Assembly: GCA_016180435.1 (NCBI GenBank)
Contig: JACPBG010000001.1
Span: forward strand, 216,006-280,005
Source of the DNA: Candidatus Sungiibacteriota bacterium
GTDB taxonomy: Bacteria; Patescibacteriota; Minisyncoccia; Sungbacterales; HO2-52-23
Direction: 5' to 3'
Length of the DNA stretch: 64,000 bases
The translations under genes were made by a program, and so were the position numbers. The notes below the pieces were generated by a model that made no database searches, was not told the DNA's origin, and saw only the letters and a program-made list of their open reading frames with translations. Position 1 is the stretch's first letter, and every line of letters begins with the position of its first letter. Positions 33,356 to 43,453 of this stretch are shown piece by piece.

Positions 33356-35659
33356 TTACTGACTCCCTCCTTGCAGTTGCTTAAGAAATCCTTCCACTTC
33401 TTTGGCTAAACCAGGGTCAAGCCGGGCCGCAGTTTCAGCCTCCGCAATCGCGCGCTCCTTCTCCCCGAAAAATGCGAGCAAAGAAGCCAGTAAAGCATGA
33501 TATTTGGCGTTATCCGGATATCTTAAAATCAACTCTTCATAAAGCGTGCGGGCCGAAACAAAATCTCCGGCTTGCTGATAAAGTCCGGCCAAACGCTCCA
33601 CAGTCTCCACGGCCATTATATCCTGACGAAAGTAGGTCTTGGCCTTTTCAACAGCATCCGCGCGCTTTGCCATGTACCCGACTGCCAGAAGATTGACCGC
33701 GGCATCCTGATAGGACGGCTCCAGATCAAGAACCTGTTGCAGAACTTTTACCGTTTCATCGATTCTTCCCTGATTGAGGTAAACCTGCGCCAGCTCAAAA
33801 TAAATTATTTGCTTTCCCGGACTCAAACCAATCGCTTCCTTCAGGGCATTTTCCGCCTCAACCGCGTATTGGGGGTTCAGGCGCGCGGCGCGCGACATTA
33901 AAGCCCCTAAAAATAATTTATGCTTTACATCCGGAGCGGGAATTGAGGCTTCACGCCGCAACTCTTCAACGGAAAAATCGATCATTTTTTTATGTTCATC
34001 TTCGGTGTATTTACTATGCCCAATCACGCCGCGGGCCAGATTTGAAAGCTGTTCCCTGACTTCCGTATCGCCGAAAGTATTATAAGCAAGGGCATTCTTA
34101 AAATATTGGATAACTTCGTCCATGGGACGCTGGGCTTGATATGACTGCAGCGCCACGATAAGTCCTTTGGACTCAAGAACCGGCTTTGCGTGGAACTGAT
34201 ATCCTCCTATAAGAAAAAAAGCGATAAACGCTACTAAAACAGCATACGCAAGCCCTGCGCTCACGGGATGCGACGCCGCGCCCCTGACCGCGCCGGGATG
34301 AGTTTTATCATGACGAAGTTTTTCTTTTAGGGCGGCTGGAGCAGTGACTGCCTCGCGCGGAGCGGTTAAAACCTCTGTGTAGGCCAAAAAGGAGAAAAAG
34401 AGCAAATATGTGTTTAGATTGTCAAAAACAAAGATATTTTGCAGAAAATATGTAAGAAAAAGCGCGGAAATTATCAAGCCCTCAAAAGGCGCAACATTCC
34501 CTTTTTGCAAAGAATGAAAAATCAGCCAAAGCGATACGCCGATAAGCGAAAGATAACTCAAGAGCCCCAAAAAACCGGCATGGATCAGCCAGTCAAAAAA
34601 AACATTGTGCGAGCGGTCAAACCACGGCTCCTGCTGATACAGGCGCGGATCGAAATATTTCTGGAAAACCAGATAATAATTTTCCTGCCCCCATCCGAAA
34701 ATCGGACGCTCCAGCACTGCCTTGGAAGACATGCGCCATATCATAAAACGGGACTGAATGGTGCGCTCCTGAAAAGAATAACTGGTCAAGCGCGAAAGCA
34801 CCGGACTGGAGCGGACAAAATCGCTTTCCCGGGCAAACCAAAAAATAAACGGAATTGCCGCCACGGTGAACAAAACAGCTCCGGCCCATTTACGCATTTG
34901 AGAAACAGCCGGAAACATTTTCTTCCAGAATACGACGCTGGCAATACTCAAAAAAATCAAGGCGCCGGCGATAGCCAATGTGGCCCCCCGGGTTGCGGTA
35001 AAATAAATAATTATAAGCTCAAAAATAAGCGCCGCGCCGTAAAGGGCCGAGAGCCACCATTTTTTCCAAAATTGGTACAAAAGAATAAAAAGAAGCCAAA
35101 TATGAAAAACCAAATACGCCGCAAGATAGGTCGGATTTCCAATGGTTGAATCCACCCGAAATCCGCCCTGCAATGATATTCTATAGCCAAGGCGCTGGGT
35201 AAGCGCAATGTATGACACAATTAAACTCGCAATCAGAGTGGAGTGAAAAAATATCAGCCAATCACGCCGAGTCTTAAAAACAGAGGCGAGCATCACAAAA
35301 TAAATATAAAGATGGAAGAGCATCATAAATCCCTCCATGCGCTCATAATTGGAAAAAAATGCGCGATATGGATTGGGGCTGAAAAGATCCGCTAAAAATA
35401 AAATTACTATAAAAATCGTGGCGGCCTTGAAAAGCGGGGTCAGGCGGGGCCTAAACTCGGAACGCACCATGGCCAGAAAGACCCAGAATATAAAAATAAA
35501 TTCCACAGTAATGCGAAAAGCAAAATTCTTCCCCGTGATAAAGGGAAAAAGCATGGAGGAGGAAACATAAAGCGGCAAAAAGGGAATAACCCAGAGGCCG
35601 ATCTTTACGATCCAAAGAAAGAATTGTTCTTGAGGTTTAAGTTTCATATATACATCCAA
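33356..35659 (-). CDS. O-antigen-ligase-like (Wzy_C) polytopic membrane protein with C-terminal TPR repeats
   Basis: 767 aa; ~10 TM helices, SHNVFFDWLIHAGFLGLL matches Wzy_C H-N motif; C-terminal TPR-like repeats. Confidence 0.65.
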   Translation of the reverse strand: MDVYMKLKPQEQFFLWIVKIGLWVIPFLPLYVSSSMLFPFITGKNFAFRITVEFIFIFWVFLAMVRSEFRPRLTPLFKAATIFIVILFLADLFSPNPYRAFFSNYERMEGFMMLFHLYIYFVMLASVFKTRRDWLIFFHSTLIASLIVSYIALTQRLGYRISLQGGFRVDSTIGNPTYLAAYLVFHIWLLFILLYQFWKKWWLSALYGAALIFELIIIYFTATRGATLAIAGALIFLSIASVVFWKKMFPAVSQMRKWAGAVLFTVAAIPFIFWFARESDFVRSSPVLSRLTSYSFQERTIQSRFMIWRMSSKAVLERPIFGWGQENYYLVFQKYFDPRLYQQEPWFDRSHNVFFDWLIHAGFLGLLSYLSLIGVSLWLIFHSLQKGNVAPFEGLIISALFLTYFLQNIFVFDNLNTYLLFFSFLAYTEVLTAPREAVTAPAALKEKLRHDKTHPGAVRGAASHPVSAGLAYAVLVAFIAFFLIGGYQFHAKPVLESKGLIVALQSYQAQRPMDEVIQYFKNALAYNTFGDTEVREQLSNLARGVIGHSKYTEDEHKKMIDFSVEELRREASIPAPDVKHKLFLGALMSRAARLNPQYAVEAENALKEAIGLSPGKQIIYFELAQVYLNQGRIDETVKVLQQVLDLEPSYQDAAVNLLAVGYMAKRADAVEKAKTYFRQDIMAVETVERLAGLYQQAGDFVSARTLYEELILRYPDNAKYHALLASLLAFFGEKERAIAEAETAARLDPGLAKEVEGFLKQLQGGSQ

Positions 35660-37048
35660 CTATACCGCACTCTTAAATATTTTCAACCTCGACAAAACCC
35701 TTTGCCTGATATCCTTAAAAACCGCACGATCATATTCGTCAATTGAGAAAAACTCTTTCCAGGAAAATTTCCATTGGGGAAGCGCTTTTTTAATGGCCAG
35801 CGCATAAGCCGGCGTTGTCAAAATTCCCAAAAGAAGCATTTCGGATGCCGCGCCCCATAATCCGAAGAAATAAGTAAAAACAGCATTAAGAAGCACAACC
35901 GCAACGGTGCGCGAAACCGTAACCGCAAAAAGTTTCTGTTGGGCACGCAGGGCATAAAAAACCGGCACCGCAACAGTCCTGAATCCCGAAACGGGCAAAC
36001 CAAGAAGTAGGAGATAAAAATACGGGAGTGCCTCCCAATATTTTGGAATGACGAGTGCGACAAAGACCGGAGCGCCCGCGGCCGCAACAATGAATAATAT
36101 AAAATTCGCGGCAGTCGCATATTTGGTGGCGCGATTTAGCTGACGGGATAAACGTTCCGGGTCATCAGCTGATCGCGGCAAAACCGGGGTCAAAATTTCC
36201 CGCAACGGAAAAAGCGATTTTACATGAGCCGTAAGCCCTTGCGCCAGCGCAATCAGCGCCACCCCCTCTATTCCCACAAAGGCCTTTACGAGAAACGGCC
36301 GGATATTCTGCGCAAAATTATTGATAAAATCGCTCGCAATCGCCCATTTGCCGTGCCGCAAGAAAAGATCAAAAATCGCGCTGCGGCATTCCGCCCAAGA
36401 CGGAATAATAAAAAGCGGATCTCGGCGATATCCTAAACTTATCAAAACCGGAACAAGCATAGAGGCAAAACCCGCCCAAAGCGCCTCCTGCGCGCCGAAT
36501 ACCGCAAAAAAATAAAAAAGCGCGATTGAAACAATCCGGGCCATGCTTGAAATCAACCGATAGGCGTTTCCCCACCCAAAATCAAGAAATATCTGAAATT
36601 TAAGCTTATAGGCGGTTTCAAACGGAACCGCAATAAAAAAAAGCGAGACCACCGCCAGATGCGGAATTCCTTCGCTCTCGCCCAGCCAGGATGCGATAAA
36701 TCGCGAACCGAATAAAAAAAGCAAAAAAAATACCGCGCTCACCAACGCCACAAACCAAATATAAAAACTGAAAACCGCCTGGGCCCTGCGGCGATCACTC
36801 GCAAGATACGATGCAACGTCGCTTACCACCACATTTTCCAAACCGGCTAAAAAAAATCCGGCCATAAACTCATAGGCCGCAAGCGCCAGACGATAAACTC
36901 CGTATTCAAATAAGGAAAGAAGACGAAGAAGAGAGATAGCGGTCAGCGCATCAATAAATTTCCAGACCACAGTTCCCGCACCGGAAATGGCAATGCCGCG
37001 TATCACAACCTTCCCCATGTTTTCTTTTTCCTCGATATTATTATTCAT
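35660..37048 (-). CDS. Polysaccharide biosynthesis flippase (Wzx/MOP superfamily)
   Basis: 462 aa, ~12 TM helices, Polysacc_synt-like N-terminus. Confidence 0.6.
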   Translation of the reverse strand: MNNNIEEKENMGKVVIRGIAISGAGTVVWKFIDALTAISLLRLLSLFEYGVYRLALAAYEFMAGFFLAGLENVVVSDVASYLASDRRRAQAVFSFYIWFVALVSAVFFLLFLFGSRFIASWLGESEGIPHLAVVSLFFIAVPFETAYKLKFQIFLDFGWGNAYRLISSMARIVSIALFYFFAVFGAQEALWAGFASMLVPVLISLGYRRDPLFIIPSWAECRSAIFDLFLRHGKWAIASDFINNFAQNIRPFLVKAFVGIEGVALIALAQGLTAHVKSLFPLREILTPVLPRSADDPERLSRQLNRATKYATAANFILFIVAAAGAPVFVALVIPKYWEALPYFYLLLLGLPVSGFRTVAVPVFYALRAQQKLFAVTVSRTVAVVLLNAVFTYFFGLWGAASEMLLLGILTTPAYALAIKKALPQWKFSWKEFFSIDEYDRAVFKDIRQRVLSRLKIFKSAV

Positions 37049-37056
37049 CCCGTTAG

Positions 37057-37146
37057 AAGTATAATTCTTAAAAAAACACGCCTCTTAAAAATACAGGTGT
37101 TATCATTTGATCCTGTAGAAAGTATAGACCCAAACTTCTAACGGGA
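37057..37146. mobile_element. Small TIR-bounded element copy b: TCCCGTTAGAAG ... CTTCTAACGGGA
   Basis: 12-bp terminal inverted repeats of the CCCGTTAGAA family flanking ~66 bp; fills the neuC-flippase intergenic region. Confidence 0.6.
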
Positions 37147-38424
37147 TTAATAAAACCTTTTCTGGATTGAAGGATTGACCCGCGCCAGAATTTCGGCGAT
37201 ACGCGCGCCCGCCTTGCCATCCCCAAACATGGCACTTGACGGATACCGCCCATGCCGCAACTGTTTTTCGATTGCCTCTTTTATTTTTTTTTCTTCCGGC
37301 AAAACTTCAATGACATTTGCTCCACACTCTCGGCCCGTTTGCCTACTGCCGACCAGCACAGATGGCGTTCCGAAAAACGCTCCCTCGCGCAAAAAACTGG
37401 AAGAATTTCCTATGGCCGCGGAGGCATGCGCCAAAACCCGGTTAAAATCCTCCGGACTAAAATTTTTATAAAATGCGCGGTCCGGACGGCTGTTACGGAC
37501 GCGATACTCGCGAATGGCGGAAGATATTCCGTCTGATCCGGCATCCAGATTTGACACCACAAACATGGCCGGCATCTTGATTTTATCTATCGCGGCGCAT
37601 AGTGCCCGGGCATATTCGTAATTCATATTATATTCGGTGGTAACCGGATGATACAACACGAGTAAAAAGGGCTTATGCAAATCAAAATTGTCCGATCCTC
37701 CCCTTCCGTATCGCCTGAAAAAATCATTATCCAGGCCAAGATCTATACTCTTGATAAAATCAATTCCGGAAAAACCCGGCATAAAAACAAAATCCGGATT
37801 TTCTCCCATGCGTATCAGGCGCTGGCGGCTTTTTTCGGTCACGGGAAAATGCATGTGGGCAAGCTTGGTAATCGCATGACGCACGCTCTCGTCAATGGTT
37901 CCCGAAACGTCTCCGCCTTCCACATGGGCAATCGGAATATTCAAAAATGCCGCGGCCATCGCAATAGGCAAACTTTCAAATCGATCAGCGTAAATCAATA
38001 CGACATCCGGCTTTAATTTCTCAAAAAGCTTTGGAATTCCTAAAAGCCCAAGTCCGGCGCTCTTTACCATAACGCGCGTATTCCCTCCTTCCAAAAATAG
38101 CGGAAGTCGCGCGTGTATGGGAAATCCCGCGCCCATAAGCAATTTGGGCAGATATTCCAATTTTTCAACTTCACCTCTTTTTCCTAAAATTTTTGTGGTG
38201 CGGGCCTTTATATACCAAGAAAAAGCTTTCAAAAATGAAACCGGCTCGCCATGAAATAAATACCAAAACAAGTGGTCAAAATAAAAATTGGTTACGGCGA
38301 TAACCTGCAATTCCAACTGCGGATGTTTCTGAATCGCCTCCATAACCGGTTTAACTCTGCCATAAATCGCGCGGTCATTCACCACCACGCAAATTTTTCT
38401 TTTTTTCATTTGATGTGTTTCCAT
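37147..38424 (-). CDS. neuC: UDP-N-acetylglucosamine 2-epimerase (hydrolysing), NeuC-like
   Basis: 425 aa; Epimerase_2 family; HVEGG motif (IAHVEGGDVSGTIDE). Confidence 0.75.
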   Translation of the reverse strand: METHQMKKRKICVVVNDRAIYGRVKPVMEAIQKHPQLELQVIAVTNFYFDHLFWYLFHGEPVSFLKAFSWYIKARTTKILGKRGEVEKLEYLPKLLMGAGFPIHARLPLFLEGGNTRVMVKSAGLGLLGIPKLFEKLKPDVVLIYADRFESLPIAMAAAFLNIPIAHVEGGDVSGTIDESVRHAITKLAHMHFPVTEKSRQRLIRMGENPDFVFMPGFSGIDFIKSIDLGLDNDFFRRYGRGGSDNFDLHKPFLLVLYHPVTTEYNMNYEYARALCAAIDKIKMPAMFVVSNLDAGSDGISSAIREYRVRNSRPDRAFYKNFSPEDFNRVLAHASAAIGNSSSFLREGAFFGTPSVLVGSRQTGRECGANVIEVLPEEKKIKEAIEKQLRHGRYPSSAMFGDGKAGARIAEILARVNPSIQKRFY

Positions 38425-39452
38425 TTTAACTGCATGTCGCGCGGAACATCTGCTTTCGCCCGTTTTCCCAAAATTTTAGGGAAATGCACTGCTTTGATCT
38501 CACCGGTCCCGGGACGTTTAACCCAGATATTTTTTTTAGTTAACAACTCGCCCTTTTTGATATTCTGTATAGAAACAACGCAGGCATACGCAAAATCAAT
38601 TGTCGGCTGTTCTTCTTTCAAAATTTTTTTTACTCCCCCGCGCGCTTCCCATATAGCCCGGGATCCCTTTATCAAATCCTTGAGCTCCACCGGGTTGATT
38701 GAAATCGGCACATCCGGTCCAGGCCACTTTTTATCCGAAGTAAAATGCTTCTCCAGGATTGATGCGCCAAGCGCGGTTGCACCGAAAGACGTATAATTCC
38801 CAAGCGAATGATCGGAAAGTCCGATAACCGCATCCGGAAACGCACGCGAAAGCTCGAGCATTGCTCCCAATCTGACCTTTTCATACGGCGTCGGATACAT
38901 GGAGGTCACGTGCAAAAGCGCAAATGGAATATGTTTTTTACGCAAAATTGCGACTGCGGGCTTAATTGATGAAATATCGTTCATGCCGGTGCTTAAAATA
39001 ACAGGTTTCCCGAAGGACGCGATATGCTCAATCAAAGGATAATTATTGCACTCTCCGGATCCGATCTTATATGCCCTGACGCCCATTTTTTCAAGGCGAT
39101 CCGCGGCTGCGCGGGAAAATGGCGTGCAAAGATAGATCATACCCAGACGCTCCGTATAATGCTTTAATTCACGTTCCTTTTTTTCCGAAAACGCGCAGCG
39201 CTCCATAATCTCATAGATCGATACTTTGGCATTCCCCGGAATGGTTTTTTTTGCCGCAGGCGCCATTTCATCCTCCACTACATGCGACTGAAATTTTACG
39301 CACTCGGCCCCGGATTTTTTGGCATCACGGATCATCCGCTTGGCTTTGGCAATACTACCCTCATGATTGATCCCGATTTCGGCAACCACCAAAGGCGGGA
39401 AGTCACGTCCAATCTTCCGATTACCAATCTTAATGAAGGGGTTCTTTTTCAT
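38406..39452 (-). CDS. neuB: N-acetylneuraminate (nonulosonic acid) synthase NeuB
   Basis: 348 aa; NeuB TIM-barrel (VVAEIGINHEGS...KFQ) plus C-terminal SAF domain. Confidence 0.85.
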   Translation of the reverse strand: MKKNPFIKIGNRKIGRDFPPLVVAEIGINHEGSIAKAKRMIRDAKKSGAECVKFQSHVVEDEMAPAAKKTIPGNAKVSIYEIMERCAFSEKKERELKHYTERLGMIYLCTPFSRAAADRLEKMGVRAYKIGSGECNNYPLIEHIASFGKPVILSTGMNDISSIKPAVAILRKKHIPFALLHVTSMYPTPYEKVRLGAMLELSRAFPDAVIGLSDHSLGNYTSFGATALGASILEKHFTSDKKWPGPDVPISINPVELKDLIKGSRAIWEARGGVKKILKEEQPTIDFAYACVVSIQNIKKGELLTKKNIWVKRPGTGEIKAVHFPKILGKRAKADVPRDMQLKWKHIK

Positions 39453-39475
39453 ACGAAAAATATATAACTTATTTT

Positions 39476-39760
39476 CTAAAACTCACAAAACACAGAAACC
39501 AGAACTAAAATTCAAAATTCACCTAATCTCTAATTTACCCCGTTAGAAATAAACAAATATAGTAGCATCTGCAACTCGTTTTTATCGGTAAAAATAGATA
39601 ATTTCCGCACTAAAAACATCTTCTGTTTCTTTCTAACGGGGTGAACCTAATAAAATTTCTAAGGCCTAAGTTCTTAATTTCTTTATTGGACATTTTATTA
39701 GAAATTAGACAATTAGGTAATTAGAAATTGAGGCCGCTATTTGGGTTTTGTGCGTTTATT
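39476..39760. repeat. Copy E5 of the ~150-bp leader element (see 12760-12915) upstream of neuB, interrupted by a small TIR element
   Basis: acagaaaccagaactaaaattcaaaattcacctaat...[insert 39537-39642]...tttctaaggcctaagttcttaatttctttattggacattttattagaaattagacaattaggtaattagaaatt...gggttttgtgcg. Confidence 0.75.
39537..39642. mobile_element. Small TIR-bounded element copy c: ACCCCGTTAGAAA ... TTTCTAACGGGGT
   Basis: 13-bp perfect terminal inverted repeats; inserted within the repeated leader element relative to the uninterrupted copy upstream of metK. Confidence 0.7.
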
Positions 39761-40523
39761 TTTCTTCCTCCAAAATTTTTTTTAATTGCCGCTCGGATAT
39801 TTCCCAATCCTCCGGCGTATCAATATCAACGCTATATTTTACATCCATAACAAATCCGCGCACATCATTCCCATAAAAACTCTGGTCTTCTTCAAAAAGA
39901 AGCGCTGTCTTAAAAATATAAAATGCGCTGTTACGAATATATGTCTTAGGAAGATCCTGCCGGCGCCGGATAACGTTTTTTACCGAGCCACCGACAAATA
40001 ATTCCGCCCTACTCCCTTCTTGCAAATTAAATTGCCAGTGTGGGCTGTATCCGCCCGGAACTTCAACCAAACTAATAACCGAATCAGCATTACTTTGCAA
40101 AAACAAATTAAAACCATCTTTTATGCATGCTGGCGGAACGCCGGGAGTGGTTGCTTGCGTCAAAATAACAACCTTCGGTTCCCAATCCTCATTTTCTTTA
40201 AGAACCTTAACCGCATGTTGTAAGACCGGCAAAGTCGGACTCGTATCTTGCGCGAATTCCGCAGGACGCATAAACGGAACTTCGGCTCCAAATTTCTTGG
40301 CAATATCGGCAATCTCTTTATCGTCGGTTGAAACAACAACCCTATCGCACACCCCGCTTTCTTTCAATGCCTCAATAGCCCAAGCAATTAGTGGTTTCCC
40401 TAAAAAGGGTTTTATATTTTTACGCGGAATGGATTTTGACCCGCCCCGCGCCGGAATTATGCCTAAAATTTTCTTTTTTGAATCTGCCATATTCGCATTA
40501 ATGGGACTGTTGCCGAATACCAT
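39756..40523 (-). CDS. neuA: N-acylneuraminate cytidylyltransferase (CMP-sialic acid synthetase) NeuA
   Basis: 255 aa; IPARGGSKSIPRKNIKPFLGKPLIAWAIE signature of CMP-NeuAc/CMP-KDO synthetase family. Confidence 0.85.
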   Translation of the reverse strand: MVFGNSPINANMADSKKKILGIIPARGGSKSIPRKNIKPFLGKPLIAWAIEALKESGVCDRVVVSTDDKEIADIAKKFGAEVPFMRPAEFAQDTSPTLPVLQHAVKVLKENEDWEPKVVILTQATTPGVPPACIKDGFNLFLQSNADSVISLVEVPGGYSPHWQFNLQEGSRAELFVGGSVKNVIRRRQDLPKTYIRNSAFYIFKTALLFEEDQSFYGNDVRGFVMDVKYSVDIDTPEDWEISERQLKKILEEEK

Positions 40524-40653
40524 TTCTGCTGCAAATGATGAATTTCGGCCAAAATCGCTTCAAAACTTCTTGGCTTATCTTTCAGATAGGCCGCCAAGTT
40601 CTATTATCCAAAATAATAAGCAAGTTCTGCAAAGTCGAGGTTGTATTACTGGG

Positions 40654-41532
40654 TCATCCCCAAATGGCCGTAATCGCCACGCCGCTAAGCATTATAAGGG
40701 TTGCAACCAGACGCCGTTTCAAATCCCGCTCTTCCAGAAATTTCCCGGCTAAAATCACGGTCCATAAAGACCATAGGCGCTTCATACTTGCGGCATAGGC
40801 CGCCAGCGAATACCCCAAGGCTTGGGCGGTCAAAAATGAGCCGATTCCTCCGGCAAGCGAAACAAGCACAAGCGATCTCCTCCAACGCACCGCATCGCGA
40901 AAAAATGAAATCCGCGAATTCTTGAAAAAAATCATACTTCCCGCGATCGTTAAAATTCCAACCGCGATAAGCACCAGGGATGAGAAAAAAATCCCGGAGG
41001 ACGCCACCACCGCTTTTTTATCAAAAGGAAACGAAAAGGCAAAAAGAATTGAACCCATAATGCCGAATATCATGCCTTGGCGCAAAGCAGCGCGCTCCTC
41101 CACGCCCGAATCATTTCCTCCGGACGGAAGTAAAAGCCAAAGACCCGCGATGGTTGTTAAAATGCCCAAAGCCCCGGTGATGGTCGGAACCTCGCCCAAC
41201 ACCAAAAATCCGGTAAAAATTACAATGGGCGGAATTAAAAGGCGCAACGGCGCTATCAGCGACGCATCGGCAATCTTAAAAGCGCGGATAAAAATATTTT
41301 GCGATACTACATTTAAAAAGGTTGTTGCGAAAAACGCGCTCCAAAATCCGGATTTTATTTCCGGAATCCCAAAAATAAAAAGCGGGATCAACAAAAGCAA
41401 TCCACCGCCGAACCACGAGATTCCAAGCAATATTTGCTCATCCATCCCCTCGCGCAGATATTTTCGTTTCAGCACGTCATCCGCGCCCAGCGCCAATGTT
41501 CCGGCCAGCATTAAAAGAACAAAGATAGTCAT
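40654..41532 (-). CDS. EamA/DMT-superfamily transporter
   Basis: 292 aa, 10 predicted TM helices in two repeated halves. Confidence 0.6.
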   Translation of the reverse strand: MTIFVLLMLAGTLALGADDVLKRKYLREGMDEQILLGISWFGGGLLLLIPLFIFGIPEIKSGFWSAFFATTFLNVVSQNIFIRAFKIADASLIAPLRLLIPPIVIFTGFLVLGEVPTITGALGILTTIAGLWLLLPSGGNDSGVEERAALRQGMIFGIMGSILFAFSFPFDKKAVVASSGIFFSSLVLIAVGILTIAGSMIFFKNSRISFFRDAVRWRRSLVLVSLAGGIGSFLTAQALGYSLAAYAASMKRLWSLWTVILAGKFLEERDLKRRLVATLIMLSGVAITAIWG

Positions 41533-41936
41533 AGACCGTTAATTTTTACAATTAGCAGTTCAATTCTTCTTCCGCGGGCATCAATCTGATGCGGAACTCC
41601 CGGCGGAATGTCAATGACATCTCCCTCGGCAACTTCCTGCTCCTTTCCGCCCGCAATGGACGCGGCGGTTTTTTCGCCCTTACGCAAAGATACCGGATTT
41701 TTAAGTTCTCCGCCCAAAATAAACTTCGCACTGCCTTTGCGCACAAACCAAATATCTGCCGCATGTTCATGCATTTCCGCATCCGGCAGTACATCATCCA
41801 AAACCACGGATGCCACTGCATACGGTCCGTCCCAGGAGCCCGAAAGTAATTTAACGGTTTTTGCGCGAGACCCTGCGGCAAGTTCAATTTCAGCCGCCTC
41901 TTTATTTGTCACGATTTTATAACTCATATTTCCCAA
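41529..41936 (-). CDS. Cupin-domain protein
   Basis: 135 aa; His-containing cupin motifs (EMHEHAADIWF ... PPGVPHQI). Confidence 0.55.
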   Translation of the reverse strand: MGNMSYKIVTNKEAAEIELAAGSRAKTVKLLSGSWDGPYAVASVVLDDVLPDAEMHEHAADIWFVRKGSAKFILGGELKNPVSLRKGEKTAASIAGGKEQEVAEGDVIDIPPGVPHQIDARGRRIELLIVKINGL

Positions 41937-43281
41937 GCACTGCGCTCACAAGGCGCTCCGCCGAATGGCCGTCTAATCTCCAGATGAATTCAGAAAAAAT
42001 CTTTCTGCGCTCCACGGCATCTTCGGCAGGATTTTTTAAGTAATCATTAATATATTGGATAAGTTCAACGGAACTATGCGCCAATTTAAATCCCCGAGTT
42101 TCGGTAAGCAATTTATAATGCGTAAAATCAGTATAGAAACGCGCAACCGAATCCCAATATGGCTCTTTTGACTCTCCATCAAATGCCGCGCAGATAACCG
42201 GCCTATCAAATGCCACGGCATCAATTGTCATGGAAGAAGCAATATTAATCACTACATCGGCATAGCGAAGCGAATTTACCAGATGCGCGATTTCCGCTTT
42301 GCTCATTTCCCAACTCCCCTTTTCCGCGCTCGTATAGTGAGCAACCCCGTCATCAAATTTAATATTTTTCATACCGATAATTTTTTCGCGGTTGGCCATA
42401 AAATTAGGATGCGGCCGGAATAAAACATTAACTGAACCCTTAATTTTTTCTTTCTCAATCGCCTCATTAATTATTTTGGCTATTTCCCATTCATGCGGCG
42501 CCAAAAAATCACCAATACCGGCAATCAAAATTAACTTTTTGGCAGGATCCAAGCCGACATTACGCAAAAATTCCTCCCGCGAACTTTTAAGTATCTCCGG
42601 ATCAACATACCAGTCATAATGCGGAATGCCTACAACCTTGATCCGGCTTTCCGGAATAAAATGATAACGCATAGCGCACATTTTAAGAAAAGGGTTATGC
42701 ACCAAAAGTCGCGGCGGCAAAACACGGATAATGCCGTGATTAGTCAAATTATCCCAGCTTTTGGCCATACCGGCAATGGCAATATCCAGGCGCCGCGCCT
42801 CGCGCAGAAGAACAACATCCATATTTTCAATAACATTAGTGGCAAAAACAATATCGGGTTTTTCTTTAAGAATAAATTCGGAAATCACTGGATATCTCAC
42901 CAAACAATTGTCTCCGAAACGCACTAGCGCCTGAAAAAATCGGAATGCGCCCAAAAAATAAAGCAGACGCTTAACAAAAAAGATAAAGGGCCTTTTTCGT
43001 CCTTGGTAATCACTTTTTTGCAGCATGGAAACGCTTTCCGTACGCATGGTGTTTCTAGCCAGAAACGCGAAAAACCGATCAATAAACGTATTGGGGTACA
43101 AAGGCATTCTGACAATACGGACTTTGGGGCCAGAGAATTCTTTTTGATAATACTCCAATTTATCCGGCGTAACCACCAGAACAACCTCACATCCGTATGC
43201 GAGAAATTTATCTAAAACCCCGGAACGAAGAATATTCCGCGCAATAAATCCTCCGGCCACGGTAATAATAATTTTTTTCAT
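41917..43281 (-). CDS. GT-B glycosyltransferase of the CDP-glycerol glycerophosphotransferase / capsule polymerase (polysialyltransferase-like) superfamily
   Basis: Probable start MKKIIITVAGG (track ORF extends to 43368); conserved HP motif (VLFRPHPN) typical of TagF/GT38-like enzymes. Confidence 0.5.
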   Translation of the reverse strand: MKKIIITVAGGFIARNILRSGVLDKFLAYGCEVVLVVTPDKLEYYQKEFSGPKVRIVRMPLYPNTFIDRFFAFLARNTMRTESVSMLQKSDYQGRKRPFIFFVKRLLYFLGAFRFFQALVRFGDNCLVRYPVISEFILKEKPDIVFATNVIENMDVVLLREARRLDIAIAGMAKSWDNLTNHGIIRVLPPRLLVHNPFLKMCAMRYHFIPESRIKVVGIPHYDWYVDPEILKSSREEFLRNVGLDPAKKLILIAGIGDFLAPHEWEIAKIINEAIEKEKIKGSVNVLFRPHPNFMANREKIIGMKNIKFDDGVAHYTSAEKGSWEMSKAEIAHLVNSLRYADVVINIASSMTIDAVAFDRPVICAAFDGESKEPYWDSVARFYTDFTHYKLLTETRGFKLAHSSVELIQYINDYLKNPAEDAVERRKIFSEFIWRLDGHSAERLVSAVLGKYEL

Positions 43282-43453
43282 AGTATGATATACTGTATAT
43301 GTTATGTGAAGCCCACGAAAAAGTATTATTGGCTGAGCGCAGTCGAAGCCCAACCTTGCGCAAGGCAAAAGGTAACTTCTCGACTACGCTCGAAGAATAA
43401 TATCCTTATGATTTTTCATGAATCTCATATAAATAATAACACATAATAGAAAC

